Shown: positions 1-9,895, counted from the stretch's first letter. The stretch is 64,000 bases of DNA from Rhodothermales bacterium (GCA_963663495.1 OY760427.1:62080-126079), one strand, 5' to 3'. Made by a program: numbers and translations. Notes: generated by a model from the sequence alone, not told the origin.

Positions 1-1402
1 CAACGGTGCCGTCCAGAATATTGTCCAGGACGGCATAATTGGCCGGAAACTTCTGGCGGATGTCGCGCTGTCCTTGGTGCAGCACTTCCACACGCGGTGC
101 AATCCGTAAGCCCCGAGCGAAGGAATCAAAATAAAATTCTGCACTGATAGCGGCCACCATATAGTCGCTGAACTGCGTAGCGAGGCCGCGGCGCAAATAG
201 ATATACTTGCCCTCAGGCTGGGGTGCATTGTAGGCGCGCGCCGTTACAGCGGTGAAAGATGTCTGGATGTCAACCATAGCTGCCGCGTACGTTAGCGAGG
301 CGTGCGCGGCGAGCGTGACCGTCTCGTTTCCTGTGCCGCGCTGAAGCCGAATATCGTCCACCATAAGCTGCCCGTGCGCTGTAACCTTCCCTGCCTGCGC
401 CCAAAGGAGTCCCGCCAGGAAACCATTGTTTTCCGAGTTCTTGGGTGTATTGTCTACCACAAATACAAACGGATGCACGGGGTTCATATACTTGAGCGAA
501 AGGCCCGCGTTGGTACCAGAGTAAAGTACAGATTCCATAAAGCTGATCAGCAACCGTGGTGACGGACGGTAGTCCCAGCGATGGGCTGCGAGGAATCTCC
601 GACGGTTGCCGGTACGGACTGAGTCGTCCCCCACGCGTCCTGTAAATGCTCCTGCGTCCGTACTGCCGTCCAGCTCCGACAAGAGGGCCCGCACCGTAAA
701 TCGGCGCCCGCCCAAGCGTACTGCGATCTGATCCTGGCTGCGTGCATTGTCGCTGAGCAAGGTAGCGGCTTCGCCCGGCGTGCCCCAATGGTTGCTCCAC
801 CTGCCCGCATAGATATCAAACAGTTCGCTATGATAACCGCCGTAGGTATGATCACTGCGCGCCATAAGCCGCAGTGCTGTATCAAGGCCATCCGGGTCAT
901 CGTTATAGTAGCGGTCATGCCGGACCGTCAAATCCAATACCCAGCGGGGCATGTTCAGATACGCCGACAGCGGCGTAGCGTGCCAATAGAAGCGTAGCGT
1001 GTCCCCGAGCGGTCGTAGTGTATCAAGCCGGTCGCTATTGGTGATACGTGTCCCGGCATCGGCGGCATATCCCGCAGCGCGCCTGTACCCCGGGCCGAGA
1101 GCATGCTCCAACAATTCCATCCAGTGGCTCTCGGATGCCGTGAGAACATCTCTGTTGACACGCGCCAAGGATTCTCTGATATCACCTACCCGATAAGGGA
1201 TGGCCGTGGGATTCAGGTCCAAGAGGTGGCCCCGGCGCTGCAGGCGCACGATATAGTCGTAGGACCAGTCCTGTGCCGGGAGTAGCCGATTGTCCTGGGC
1301 GTGCGTGCCAAGGCACGCCAGGATGGAACAAGCAGCCAGACAAACATGCCGCCATTGGAAAGCAGTTGTCAGCCTGGGAAATTCAAACACCTGAGCAGCC
1401 AT
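1..1402 (-). CDS. Wzi-like capsule-assembly outer-membrane protein, C-terminal (3') end cut by the window edge; absent from the supplied ORF track
   Basis: Hand translation gives one uninterrupted minus-strand frame from the ATG at 1400-1402 to base 1 (MAAQVFEFPRLTTAFQWRHVCLAACSILACLGTHAQDNRLLPAQDWSYDYIVRLQRRGHLLDL...LSLKYMNPVHPFVFVVDN...QLMVDDIRLQ...). The N-terminus looks like a signal peptide. The motifs recall the Caps_assemb_Wzi family. The gene lies next to an EPS priming transferase. Confidence 0.6.
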   Translation of the reverse strand, partial: MAAQVFEFPRLTTAFQWRHVCLAACSILACLGTHAQDNRLLPAQDWSYDYIVRLQRRGHLLDLNPTAIPYRVGDIRESLARVNRDVLTASESHWMELLEHALGPGYRRAAGYAADAGTRITNSDRLDTLRPLGDTLRFYWHATPLSAYLNMPRWVLDLTVRHDRYYNDDPDGLDTALRLMARSDHTYGGYHSELFDIYAGRWSNHWGTPGEAATLLSDNARSQDQIAVRLGGRRFTVRALLSELDGSTDAGAFTGRVGDDSVRTGNRRRFLAAHRWDYRPSPRLLISFMESVLYSGTNAGLSLKYMNPVHPFVFVVDNTPKNSENNGFLAGLLWAQAGKVTAHGQLMVDDIRLQRGTGNETVTLAAHASLTYAAAMVDIQTSFTAVTARAYNAPQPEGKYIYLRRGLATQFSDYMVAAISAEFYFDSFARGLRIAPRVEVLHQGQRDIRQKFPANYAVLDNILDGTV

Positions 1403-1937
1403 TGAAACTTGATTCTGCATCGCAACCATCCTTGGCACCGAAACTGCGTTCCGATGCGAGCGGCACGGTGTGACGCTGCAGAGCAGCGTCTGCCCGATGC
1501 ATGAGGTCTCCCGCCCTGCTGAAAAGATCAAGCCCCTTCAGATGGATAAGCCTGGCCGCATTCACATCCCTGTCTAGAACAGGTCCACACCGCTGGCTAC
1601 GATACGAACGAACACTAGGCGTAATCTTGCGAGCGGGCATACCGCCGCAGCTACTATACCGTTGCGCCGTGTACTGCGGACTCATTTTCTTGCCTCCGGC
1701 GCTCTCAGGCTTGTAGGAAAGTTGTTGCATGACCGTAGCCGGAGACTGTTCGAGCATCGTACGGTTCAACCCACGCTTACGGGAACCGCACCGGGCAGTC
1801 ATGCCATTAAGATTCAAAGTGTATAGTGATCGCGCGTTCATTTCTGCTATCAAGGGCGTATATCCAGATGAATACTCAGGTATGTAGTGCCCCCGCATAG
1901 CCACAATATACGGTGGTTCAGGGGCTGCACGGATCAT
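1383..1937 (-). pseudogene. degenerate TnpB (IS605 OrfB-like) C-terminal remnant
   Basis: RGLNRTMLEQSPATVMQQLSYKPESAGGKKM...YTAQRYSSCGG...CGPVLDRDVNAARLI parallels the GLNRGILRTGWGQLEQMLGYK...YTSQRCSVCGH...DHADLNAAANI block of the intact TnpB at 16043. The N-terminal half is absent and the zinc-finger Cys residues are partly lost. Confidence 0.55.
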
Positions 1938-2027
1938 TTACTTATTCCTTCCATTACTGCCCGGTGCATGGACAGGCTGCCACGCATTTTTGAACTTTCC
2001 CGGTAAGCAGATCCTTCCAATCCGGCC

Positions 2028-3434
2028 GTGTCAAGAAAGGTTGAGTTCACTGCCCTCCTAGTAGCTGATATGGCGGCCATAGCGGCGTCCGCATTAGTCT
2101 TTATGCGGATCCAGTTTGCGGATCGTTTCGGTCTGCAAGGATTTCAGACTCCCAACACCGAGGTGGTTTATCCCGTGTATGCGGCGGTAGGCTTGGCCGT
2201 GTTCTGGGTTGTTATTTTCCTGTTTTTCGGGATGTATCGGGAGCGGTACGCTTCGAGCCGGTTTGATGAGCTGGTGTCGCTTGCCAAAGTGGTCACGTTC
2301 GGAGTGTTGATTCTCGTCTTCATCATCTTTATTGATACGCTGCGTGCAGGGGGTAGTGCATCGTTCATCTTCCTGTACTGGGGACTTGTCCTGGGCTTGA
2401 CATCTGTGGGGCGTATTGCTGTGCGCTCTATACAAAAGGCTCTCATACTTCGGGGCCGCGGCACGCACAAGGCATTGGTGGTAGGTTGGAGTGACAAGGT
2501 AGAGCGTATTCACGAGGATCTGGCTCGTTATCCGGCTGCTGGGCTGCAAATCGTAGGGGCGATACGCCTGGGCAATAAGTCTGGTACCCCGCAGGAAGGC
2601 TCCCCCAATGGGGAACACCAGGTGGAGGCGCTGCCTGCGATGATTGACGAGCTGGATGTGCAAGATGTGCTGATAGCCCTCGGATCGGATGATCATGCCG
2701 AGCTGAACGAGGTGCTTCACCTTTGCGACGGAAAAGCTGTATCTCTGAAGATCGTGCCGGACTTTTATTCGGTAATTGGCGGCATGTCGCGAACTGAACA
2801 TATTTATGGCCTTCCGCTCATTGAGGTCCTTCCGGTCCCGATGCCCGCTTGGGAGCAGAGCACAAAGCGGCTCCTGGACATTGGTGTTGCGCTTGCCGTT
2901 CTCGTGGTTCTACTCCCCGCATGGATCCTCATAGCGTTAAGTATTCGCTTGTCGTCGTCGGGGGGGGCCATCTACCGGCAGCGGCGGGTAGGTCGTCTGG
3001 GACGCAGTTTTACGATTTACAAGTTTCGCACCATGCACCACAACGCAGAGGAGCATACCGGCCCCGTCTGGGCGGCCGAGGATGATCCACGCTACACTTC
3101 CGTCGGTCGCTTGCTTCGAAAGACGCGGCTGGACGAGATCCCTCAACTGTTCAACGTTCTGAAAGGCGATATGAGTCTGGTAGGGCCGCGTCCGGAGCGT
3201 CCCTATTTTGTGCAAAAGCTGATGGATAAGATACCGCTGTATAACCGTCGCCACCGCATTAAGCCCGGCATCACCGGCTGGGCGCAGGTCATGTGGAGGT
3301 ACGACAGTACGCTGGAAGATGTGCGGCAGAAGGTGAAGTTTGATCTGTTCTACATTGAGAACATGGGATTGCGCATGGATTTCAAGATTCTGTTGCGCAC
3401 CATAACCGCGGTCCTTACGGGAGGAGGGCGATGA
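2028..3434 (+). CDS. exopolysaccharide-biosynthesis polyprenyl glycosylphosphotransferase (WbaP/EpsB-type sugar transferase)
   Basis: N-terminal TM helices are followed by the C-terminal motif FRTM...GPVWAAEDDPRYTSVGRLLRKTRLDEIPQLFNVLKGDMSLVGPRPERP, typical of the bacterial sugar transferase family. Confidence 0.9.
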   Translation: MSRKVEFTALLVADMAAIAASALVFMRIQFADRFGLQGFQTPNTEVVYPVYAAVGLAVFWVVIFLFFGMYRERYASSRFDELVSLAKVVTFGVLILVFIIFIDTLRAGGSASFIFLYWGLVLGLTSVGRIAVRSIQKALILRGRGTHKALVVGWSDKVERIHEDLARYPAAGLQIVGAIRLGNKSGTPQEGSPNGEHQVEALPAMIDELDVQDVLIALGSDDHAELNEVLHLCDGKAVSLKIVPDFYSVIGGMSRTEHIYGLPLIEVLPVPMPAWEQSTKRLLDIGVALAVLVVLLPAWILIALSIRLSSSGGAIYRQRRVGRLGRSFTIYKFRTMHHNAEEHTGPVWAAEDDPRYTSVGRLLRKTRLDEIPQLFNVLKGDMSLVGPRPERPYFVQKLMDKIPLYNRRHRIKPGITGWAQVMWRYDSTLEDVRQKVKFDLFYIENMGLRMDFKILLRTITAVLTGGGR

Positions 3435-5407
3435 TTGATGCTTCCGCAGAGGAGCTTCGATCGCTGCACAAGGCCTTGGAGCTACCTCGCGCGATTGAAG
3501 AGCGGATGCTGCGTCTGATCCGGCAGAACCGCATCAGCAAGTGGTTCAGTGGTTACGGGCAGGAAGCCATCAGCGTAGGATGTACATGGGCGCTGCACCC
3601 CGACGACACCATTCTGCCGCTGCATCGCAACGTAGGTGTCTGGACTACGCGGGGGGTGCCGCTGGAGCCGCTTTTTCGGCAACTGATGGGCAAGGTCGGG
3701 GGCTTTACCAGGGGCAGGGATCGCACCTTCCATTTTGGCATCCCGGACAAGCACATCGTTGGCATGATATCGCATTTGGGCGCCATGCTACCTGTGGCGT
3801 GCGGCATTGCGTTGGCCGCCCTTTTGCAGGGCAAGGACGCCGTCACGCTGGTTTTCTGCGGTGACGGGGCGACGCGGGAAGGAGACTTTCATGAGGCCCT
3901 CAGCCTTGCCGCGTTGTGGAGGCTGCCGGTGATATTCGTAGTAGAAAACAATGGCTACGGGCTGTCTACACCTGCAGATGCTGCGGTGCCTGTCAAGGAT
4001 ATCGCAGATGCTTCGACCGGTTACGGGATGCCCGGTGCGGTAGTGGATGGCAACGACCTAGGGCAGGTAATCAGCGCCGTCACGCGCGCGGCGCGCCGCG
4101 CGCGTGACGGGAAGGGCCCGTCGCTCCTGGAAATGAAGACTTTCCGCATGCGCGGCCACGAAGAGGCTTCAGGCACATGGTATGTACCTGAGGAGTTGAT
4201 GGCAGCATGGGCGCGGAAGGATCCGCTTGACCGATTCGTCAAGACTGCGGTAGAGTTCGGCGCGATTACGGAGGATGAGGTGCGACAGGTGCGGAAAGAG
4301 CTTGCTGCAGCCGTAGAGTCGACGTCAGAAGCTGCGCTTCGGGCCCCGGTGCCCGAGAGCACTGCCAGTCAAGAGCGTGAAGCAGTGTATGCGCCGGCGC
4401 GCGTCAATCACATGCAGCCCGTGGGTAAGCTTGAATCCAAGCGCTATGTGGATGCTATCAGCGATGCACTCCGCCAAGCGATGGAGGCTAACGAAAAAGT
4501 GCTCATCATGGGGCAGGACATCGCAAAGTATGGTGGGGTTTTCAAGGTTACGGAAGGCTTTTTGGACATGTTCGGGCCTGACCGAGTACGAGACACGCCT
4601 ATCGTCGAAAGTGCGGCCGTGGGCGCTGCAGTGGGGTTGGCGCTGGACGGAATGTGCCCGATAGTTGAGATGCAGTACGCGGACTTTATTGCCTGCGGAT
4701 TCAACCAGATCGTCAACAACCTGGCAACAACGCACTACCGCTGGGGGGCCTCGCTGGCAGTCACCATCCGTGCACCCTACGGGGGATACATCGCGGCTGG
4801 GCCGTTTCATTCGCAGTGCAAGGAAGCATGGTTTTGCCATGTGCCAGGGCTCAAGGTGATAGCCCCTGCCACGCCGCGTGATGCCAAAGGATTGCTGCTG
4901 TCGGCGATTGCAGATCCCAATCCGGTTCTGTTTTTCGAGCATAAGCACCTGTACAGGTCCGTGCGTGCAGACATCCCCGCGGCCCCCTACCACATCCCCT
5001 TGGGCAAGGCGCGGGTGGCACGAAAAGGGGTTGATGCATCCATAATCACGTACGGTCTGGGTGTCCATTGGGCGATGGAGGAAGCGGAGTGGCAGGAGTC
5101 ACATAACGGCATTAGGCTTGAGGTGGTAGACCTGCGGTCGCTGGTGCCGTGGGACCGGGAAACGGTGCGGGCCTCTGTGGCGCGGACCAGCCGCATGCTG
5201 GTGTTGCACGAAGCCACGCTGACGTGCGGTTTCGGGGCGGAAGTGGTGGCCTGGATGTCAGCGGAGGCATTCCATTTGCTGGATGCACCGCCGATGCGTG
5301 TGGCGGCAGAAGACCTGCCTGTGCCGGCATGCAAAACGCTGGAGCGCGATGTGTTTGCCGCTAAGGGGCGGTTACGGGCAGCCGTTGATACCATGATATC
5401 CTATTGA
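3431..5407 (+). CDS. 2-oxoacid dehydrogenase E1 component, fused alpha/beta subunits
   Basis: 658 aa. The N-terminal half is E1-alpha-like (GDGATREGDFHEALSLAALWRLPVIFVVENNGYG). The C-terminal half is transketolase-like E1-beta (DTPIVESAAVGAAVGLALDG). Its ATG overlaps the upstream stop (ATGA at 3431-3434). Confidence 0.9.
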   Translation: MIDASAEELRSLHKALELPRAIEERMLRLIRQNRISKWFSGYGQEAISVGCTWALHPDDTILPLHRNVGVWTTRGVPLEPLFRQLMGKVGGFTRGRDRTFHFGIPDKHIVGMISHLGAMLPVACGIALAALLQGKDAVTLVFCGDGATREGDFHEALSLAALWRLPVIFVVENNGYGLSTPADAAVPVKDIADASTGYGMPGAVVDGNDLGQVISAVTRAARRARDGKGPSLLEMKTFRMRGHEEASGTWYVPEELMAAWARKDPLDRFVKTAVEFGAITEDEVRQVRKELAAAVESTSEAALRAPVPESTASQEREAVYAPARVNHMQPVGKLESKRYVDAISDALRQAMEANEKVLIMGQDIAKYGGVFKVTEGFLDMFGPDRVRDTPIVESAAVGAAVGLALDGMCPIVEMQYADFIACGFNQIVNNLATTHYRWGASLAVTIRAPYGGYIAAGPFHSQCKEAWFCHVPGLKVIAPATPRDAKGLLLSAIADPNPVLFFEHKHLYRSVRADIPAAPYHIPLGKARVARKGVDASIITYGLGVHWAMEEAEWQESHNGIRLEVVDLRSLVPWDRETVRASVARTSRMLVLHEATLTCGFGAEVVAWMSAEAFHLLDAPPMRVAAEDLPVPACKTLERDVFAAKGRLRAAVDTMISY

Positions 5408-5476
5408 TTATCGCGCTGCATCATTGGTGTCGGTGGGGGGTACAATTCGGCAAACGCAATTGAGTACGTCTTAGCG

Positions 5477-5947
5477 ATGGAAATGCCTGCCGTGGGCCAA
5501 GCCGCCCCGCCTTTTGAGGCGCCTACCCAAGGGCGCGCCACCGTAGATCTGTCCCAGTATCGTGGACAAAAGGTGGCGTTATACTTTTATCCGCGAGACA
5601 ACACGCCCGGCTGCACCAGGCAGGCGGGCAACCTGCGGGACAATTGTGCGGAGCTTGCGGCCCATGATATCGCGGTCGTCGGTGTCTCTACAGACTGCGT
5701 AGTATCGCACGAAAAGTTCGCCGCGCGGCACGCATTGCCGTTCCCGTTGGTCGCCGATCCCGAGAAGGTAATCGTTCAGGCTTACGGGGTGATAGGCGAG
5801 AAGAAGATGTTCGGACGCACGTTCCTGGGCGTTACGCGGACGACATTTCTCATTGATGAGGACGGGATAATTGTACGTATCATTCGGCGACCGAAGACTG
5901 GAGATCATGCCGCGGAGATCCTCCGCGGTTTTGGTATCACCGGGTAG
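5477..5947 (+). CDS. bcp: thiol peroxidase / peroxiredoxin Bcp
   Basis: YFYPRDNTPGCTRQA peroxidatic-Cys motif; about 156 aa, the AhpC/TSA size. Confidence 0.9.
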   Translation: MEMPAVGQAAPPFEAPTQGRATVDLSQYRGQKVALYFYPRDNTPGCTRQAGNLRDNCAELAAHDIAVVGVSTDCVVSHEKFAARHALPFPLVADPEKVIVQAYGVIGEKKMFGRTFLGVTRTTFLIDEDGIIVRIIRRPKTGDHAAEILRGFGITG

Positions 5948-5960
5948 GCTTGAGTGCTGT

Positions 5961-7445
5961 ATGCCGGCTGCCAAGTACGAACCTGTTATCGGACTTGAGG
6001 TCCACTGCCAACTGCGAACGGCATCCAAGGCATTCAGTCCGGACTCTGCCTCATTTGGAGCACGTCCCAACAGCAACGTGGATGTAATCAGCCTCGGATA
6101 CCCGGGCACGCTGCCGATTCCGAACATCCGTGTTGTGGAGTATGCGGTGCGAATGGGGTTTGCAACCCATTGCACCGTGGCGGATCGCAGCATCCTGGCG
6201 CGGAAGCATTACTTTTATCCTGATTTGCCGAAGGGCTATCAGATTTCGCAGTTCGAGCATCCCCTGTGTGCCAACGGGTATGTAGATATTGAGGCGGACG
6301 GCGCGCGTAGGATCGGTGTGACGCGGATTCATATTGAGGAAGATGCGGGCAAGAGCCTGCACGACCAGGATCCTGAATGCACCCTGTTGGACTTCAATCG
6401 CTGCGGAGTGCCGTTGATTGAGATAGTGTCGGAGCCGGACCTCCGCTCGGGCCGTGAAGCATATCTGTACATGCAGAAGATCCGCCAACTGGTGCGATAC
6501 CTTGAGATATGCGATGGCAATATGGAGGAGGGGTCCTTGCGGTGCGACGCCAATGTCTCTATCCGGCCTGTAGGATGTGCACAGCTTGGTGTTAAGACAG
6601 AGATCAAGAACATGAACTCGTTCCGGTATGTAGAGCGTGCCATTGATCACGAAATTGCGCGCCAGCAGGCGCTCGTAAGCCGTGGAGAGGCGGTGGTCCA
6701 CCAGACTCTGCTGTGGGATGCGGGCAGCGGCACGACTCGTCCGATGCGCTCCAAGGAGGATGCGCACGATTATCGGTATTTCCCTGACCCTGATTTACCG
6801 CCCGTTGTGGTAACCGCATCGCTCCGCTCGTCGGTTCTCGCATCGCAGCCGGAGCTGCCGGATGCGCGCTGCAACAGGTTTGAGGAGCAGTTGGGCTTGC
6901 CTCCCTATGACGCAGCCGTGCTGACAGAAGAGCGTTCTGTAGCAGATTATTTTGAAGCTGCCTTGGAAGTGCTGCGAGACGGGAGTCCCGGGGGCAACCT
7001 GCATAGCCAGGCGAAGGCTGTTTCCAACGTGGTGATGACGGATGTCCTGCGGGCAGCAAAGGAATATGCAGGATCGTTGGACGAGTTTCCGGTTCCTCCG
7101 GCCCGTCTCGGAGCTTTGGTTGCTCTGCGCCTGAGTGGTGCAATCAGCTCGACAGGTATGCGGGAGGTGTTCGGTTGCCTGCAGGAAGAAGATGGTGAAC
7201 CCGAGGAGATAGCTCGCGCACAAAAGCTGCTGCAGGTGTCTGACGATAGTCTGCTTCTCCCCGTGGTTGAGGAAGTGCTTGTATCTTTTCCTGCGCAGGT
7301 TGCTACCTTTCGGGAGGGGAAGACAAGTGTGCTCGGTTTCTTTATCGGACAGGTCATGCGGAGGTTTGGGGGCTCGGCTGATCCGGTTCGTGTCCGCAGG
7401 CTGCTTTTAGAACAAATCGGTGGCGAAAATGACACGTTACGGTAG
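5961..7445 (+). CDS. gatB: Asp-tRNA(Asn)/Glu-tRNA(Gln) amidotransferase subunit B
   Basis: MPAAKYEPVIGLEVHCQL... is the canonical GatB N-terminus. The start is placed at the ATG at 5961, because the longer ORF from 5871 overlaps bcp. Confidence 0.93.
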   Translation: MPAAKYEPVIGLEVHCQLRTASKAFSPDSASFGARPNSNVDVISLGYPGTLPIPNIRVVEYAVRMGFATHCTVADRSILARKHYFYPDLPKGYQISQFEHPLCANGYVDIEADGARRIGVTRIHIEEDAGKSLHDQDPECTLLDFNRCGVPLIEIVSEPDLRSGREAYLYMQKIRQLVRYLEICDGNMEEGSLRCDANVSIRPVGCAQLGVKTEIKNMNSFRYVERAIDHEIARQQALVSRGEAVVHQTLLWDAGSGTTRPMRSKEDAHDYRYFPDPDLPPVVVTASLRSSVLASQPELPDARCNRFEEQLGLPPYDAAVLTEERSVADYFEAALEVLRDGSPGGNLHSQAKAVSNVVMTDVLRAAKEYAGSLDEFPVPPARLGALVALRLSGAISSTGMREVFGCLQEEDGEPEEIARAQKLLQVSDDSLLLPVVEEVLVSFPAQVATFREGKTSVLGFFIGQVMRRFGGSADPVRVRRLLLEQIGGENDTLR

Positions 7446-7473
7446 CACGTTGCCTTGTTGGCTCTACCGCAAA

Positions 7474-8817
7474 ATGCCGGGGCTATGGGTGTTGGCTTTC
7501 CTTCCAGGTCTCGCCTGTGCGCAGGAGGAGGAGACTTCCGCGGACCCGACCGTTAAGGCGCTCTTCTCCGGCATGTTGACGGTGAACCCGGAGGTGGATC
7601 CTACTCCGGACTACCGCGGGTTCGAGGTTCTAGTTGCCGTTGACCGGGGCGGCGAGCCCGATACGCTTGGATTCGCGGTGACGGACAGCGCGGGGGCATT
7701 CTCCATGGACATTGTCGCACCGCAGCGGGGTATATATGCGTTGATTATCAGCCGCCGCGGGCAAATCCTGAAGGTGGACGAGATGGCGATTGCGGAGGCG
7801 GATACGGCTTCTCTTCGTGCGCAGTTTCCTGTGGGCCAACGCCGCTTGCGCGTCCGGTCACAGGAAAACGCGGCGTGGATGGCGTACCAGAATGCGCGGG
7901 CTCAGCATAGCCAGAGCATCCTGGATCTTGTCAGATCAGGGGAATACACCAACGAAGGCGCCGGCAGGCATGTGGAACTGAGCAGCAGCCTGCTTTGGAA
8001 CATGCAGGGAACCTTTCCCGGAACGATGGGCGCTGAGATGTCCGCAGCCGAGTCAGTGCTCATGATCGCAGGGTGGAGTGATTCTCTTGTCGTTGCACGA
8101 GCGGAGGATATCCCTTCGGACAATGTGCGGTACGCCGAAATTGTGCGTGCGGTGCGTCAGTCGACCGCCCGCCTGGAAGGCCAGGAAGAGGCTATTGCGT
8201 ATCTTGAAGAAACTGTGGGAAGCTTGGAGCAAGAGGAGCTACGTGCGGAGGTGCATGCAGAATTCGTTGCTGCGCACATGGACAGTCTGAACTTTGATGA
8301 AGCCCGCAACGTGGCGCAGCTGATGCAGACAACCTACTCCGGCACCTTATGGGCGACATGGGCAGCAAATGCGCTGTACGAGCTGGAATACTTGATGCCC
8401 GGTATGCCAGCTCCGTCCTTCGCTGTCCGTACGACGACTGGAGATTCCGTACGACTGGCAGATTTGCGAGGGAAGCCGGTTGTGCTTGAGTTCTATCAAC
8501 CCAGGGATGCTGTATATCAGCGGGAGTTCGGAGGCCGGAATAGCCTGCTGACCGAAACGGATGGCATCCATGTGGTTTCGGTGTCGCTTGAGCCGGACTC
8601 ATTGCTCAACGATGCTTTGTTTGACGAGCGTGAACCACGCGGCATCTTTGTTTATGCCGCGAGCGGGTACCAAGCGGAGATTGCGCGCAGTTACAATGTG
8701 AATTACCTTCCCGTACGTTTCTTGATTGGCAGCGATGGTAAGCTCGTGGCCAAGTACGAGGGGGGAGCGATGGCAGTACTGCGAGAGCGGGCACTCTCGC
8801 TCGCTAGCGACCTATAA
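7474..8817 (+). CDS. secreted TlpA/thioredoxin-fold domain protein lacking the CXXC motif
   Basis: Signal peptide MPGLWVLAFLPGLACAQ. The C-terminal block APSFAVRTTTGDSVRLADLRGKPVVLEFYQPRDAVYQ...NYLPVRFLIGSDGKLV has a TlpA-like fold. No Cys occupies the WCxxC position. Confidence 0.65.
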   Translation: MPGLWVLAFLPGLACAQEEETSADPTVKALFSGMLTVNPEVDPTPDYRGFEVLVAVDRGGEPDTLGFAVTDSAGAFSMDIVAPQRGIYALIISRRGQILKVDEMAIAEADTASLRAQFPVGQRRLRVRSQENAAWMAYQNARAQHSQSILDLVRSGEYTNEGAGRHVELSSSLLWNMQGTFPGTMGAEMSAAESVLMIAGWSDSLVVARAEDIPSDNVRYAEIVRAVRQSTARLEGQEEAIAYLEETVGSLEQEELRAEVHAEFVAAHMDSLNFDEARNVAQLMQTTYSGTLWATWAANALYELEYLMPGMPAPSFAVRTTTGDSVRLADLRGKPVVLEFYQPRDAVYQREFGGRNSLLTETDGIHVVSVSLEPDSLLNDALFDEREPRGIFVYAASGYQAEIARSYNVNYLPVRFLIGSDGKLVAKYEGGAMAVLRERALSLASDL

Positions 8818-8840
8818 TTCAATCTATAACGCAGGATCTG

Positions 8841-9587
8841 ATGCTTATTGCAGGCAACTGGAAAATGAATACTGCAGCGGGAGAGGCCCGGGACCTGGCC
8901 CGGGCTGTAGCCTCATCCGTAAGGGATATGGAGACGGTAGATGTGGCGGTATGCCCTCCATTCGTACACCTTGTTGAGGTCAGCGCCGAGCTACGTGGTT
9001 CTCATGTGCGGCTAGGTGCGCAGAATATGCACAGCGCCAACGCTGGAGCCTTTACCGGAGAGGTGTCTGCCCGAATGCTGAAGAGTGTTGGTTGTCATTA
9101 TGTAATTATTGGGCACAGCGAGCGCCGCCAATATTTTGGCGAGACGGACATTGGCGTAAATGTGAAGGTGCGGCAGGCGTTGGACCACGGTCTGTTGCCG
9201 ATTGTGTGCGTTGGAGAGCTATTGGAGGAGCGGCAGGCCGGGCGGGAGAAAGAGGTCGTGTCGGAGCAGGTTCGGGGTGCACTCGCAGGGATGGATGCCA
9301 TTCAGCCCGGTAGCCTCGTGGTTGCCTACGAACCCGTCTGGGCTATCGGGACGGGAGAGACGGCTACCCCTGCCACTGCCCAGGATATGCACAGGTTTGT
9401 AAGATCCCTTCTTCGCGAGGTACAGGGAGCGGACTCTGCACTTATCCTTTACGGCGGTAGCATGAAGCCGGGCAATGCCAGGGCGCTGCTGCAGCAGCCG
9501 GACATTGATGGCGGATTGATAGGCGGTGCTAGTTTGCGGGCGGACACGTTCGCTGCCATCGTGGCTGCAGCGGCAGAAGAGGCTTAA
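8841..9587 (+). CDS. tpiA: triosephosphate isomerase
   Basis: IAGNWKMN...IIGHSERR...AYEPVWAIGTG...YGGS motifs. Confidence 0.95.
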   Translation: MLIAGNWKMNTAAGEARDLARAVASSVRDMETVDVAVCPPFVHLVEVSAELRGSHVRLGAQNMHSANAGAFTGEVSARMLKSVGCHYVIIGHSERRQYFGETDIGVNVKVRQALDHGLLPIVCVGELLEERQAGREKEVVSEQVRGALAGMDAIQPGSLVVAYEPVWAIGTGETATPATAQDMHRFVRSLLREVQGADSALILYGGSMKPGNARALLQQPDIDGGLIGGASLRADTFAAIVAAAAEEA

Positions 9588-9853
9588 TCTGCGTCGGCGC
9601 TGGCAGACTCCGTTTTTTCTGCCTTTTCTTTGGCTTCCGGCTTCTTGGGTTCCTTGGCTTTCTCCGGATCGGGTTTTGATACGTAGTCAGTCTGGTAGAA
9701 CCCGGTGCCCTTGAATATCAGCCCTGTGCCGCCGGTGATTACGCGATGTACGTCTTGGCCTGTTGTTGGGCATTGATCCAAGGGGGCGGATGTAATGCGC
9801 TGCCGGATTTCGAAGGTCGAACCGTCAGCGCGTCGATAAACGTAGGTGGGCAT
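9584..9853 (-). CDS. FmdB-family zinc-ribbon-like small protein (Cys-depleted variant) with a K/E-rich tail
   Basis: MPTYVYRRADGSTFEI...QCPTTGQDVHRVI...FKGTGFYQTDY follows the FmdB/CxxC_CxxC_SSSS pattern, but only 1 of the 4 Cys residues is present. Confidence 0.55.
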   Translation of the reverse strand: MPTYVYRRADGSTFEIRQRITSAPLDQCPTTGQDVHRVITGGTGLIFKGTGFYQTDYVSKPDPEKAKEPKKPEAKEKAEKTESASADAD

Positions 9854-9895
9854 GGTGTGCAGTTGGGGAGACGGCGCTATAAGGCTGTAGTCCGC

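Noticed and set aside
5871-5960. Long N-terminal extensions suggested by the ORF track for gatB (5871). Similar cases are the Omp85-like gene (39171), serA (59002), the permease (35001), secG (41923) and the ferredoxin (11057).
   Set aside because: The extensions overlap neighbouring genes or lack homology. Internal ATGs give canonical N-termini (for example MPAAKYEPVIGLEVHCQL for GatB) or signal peptides.
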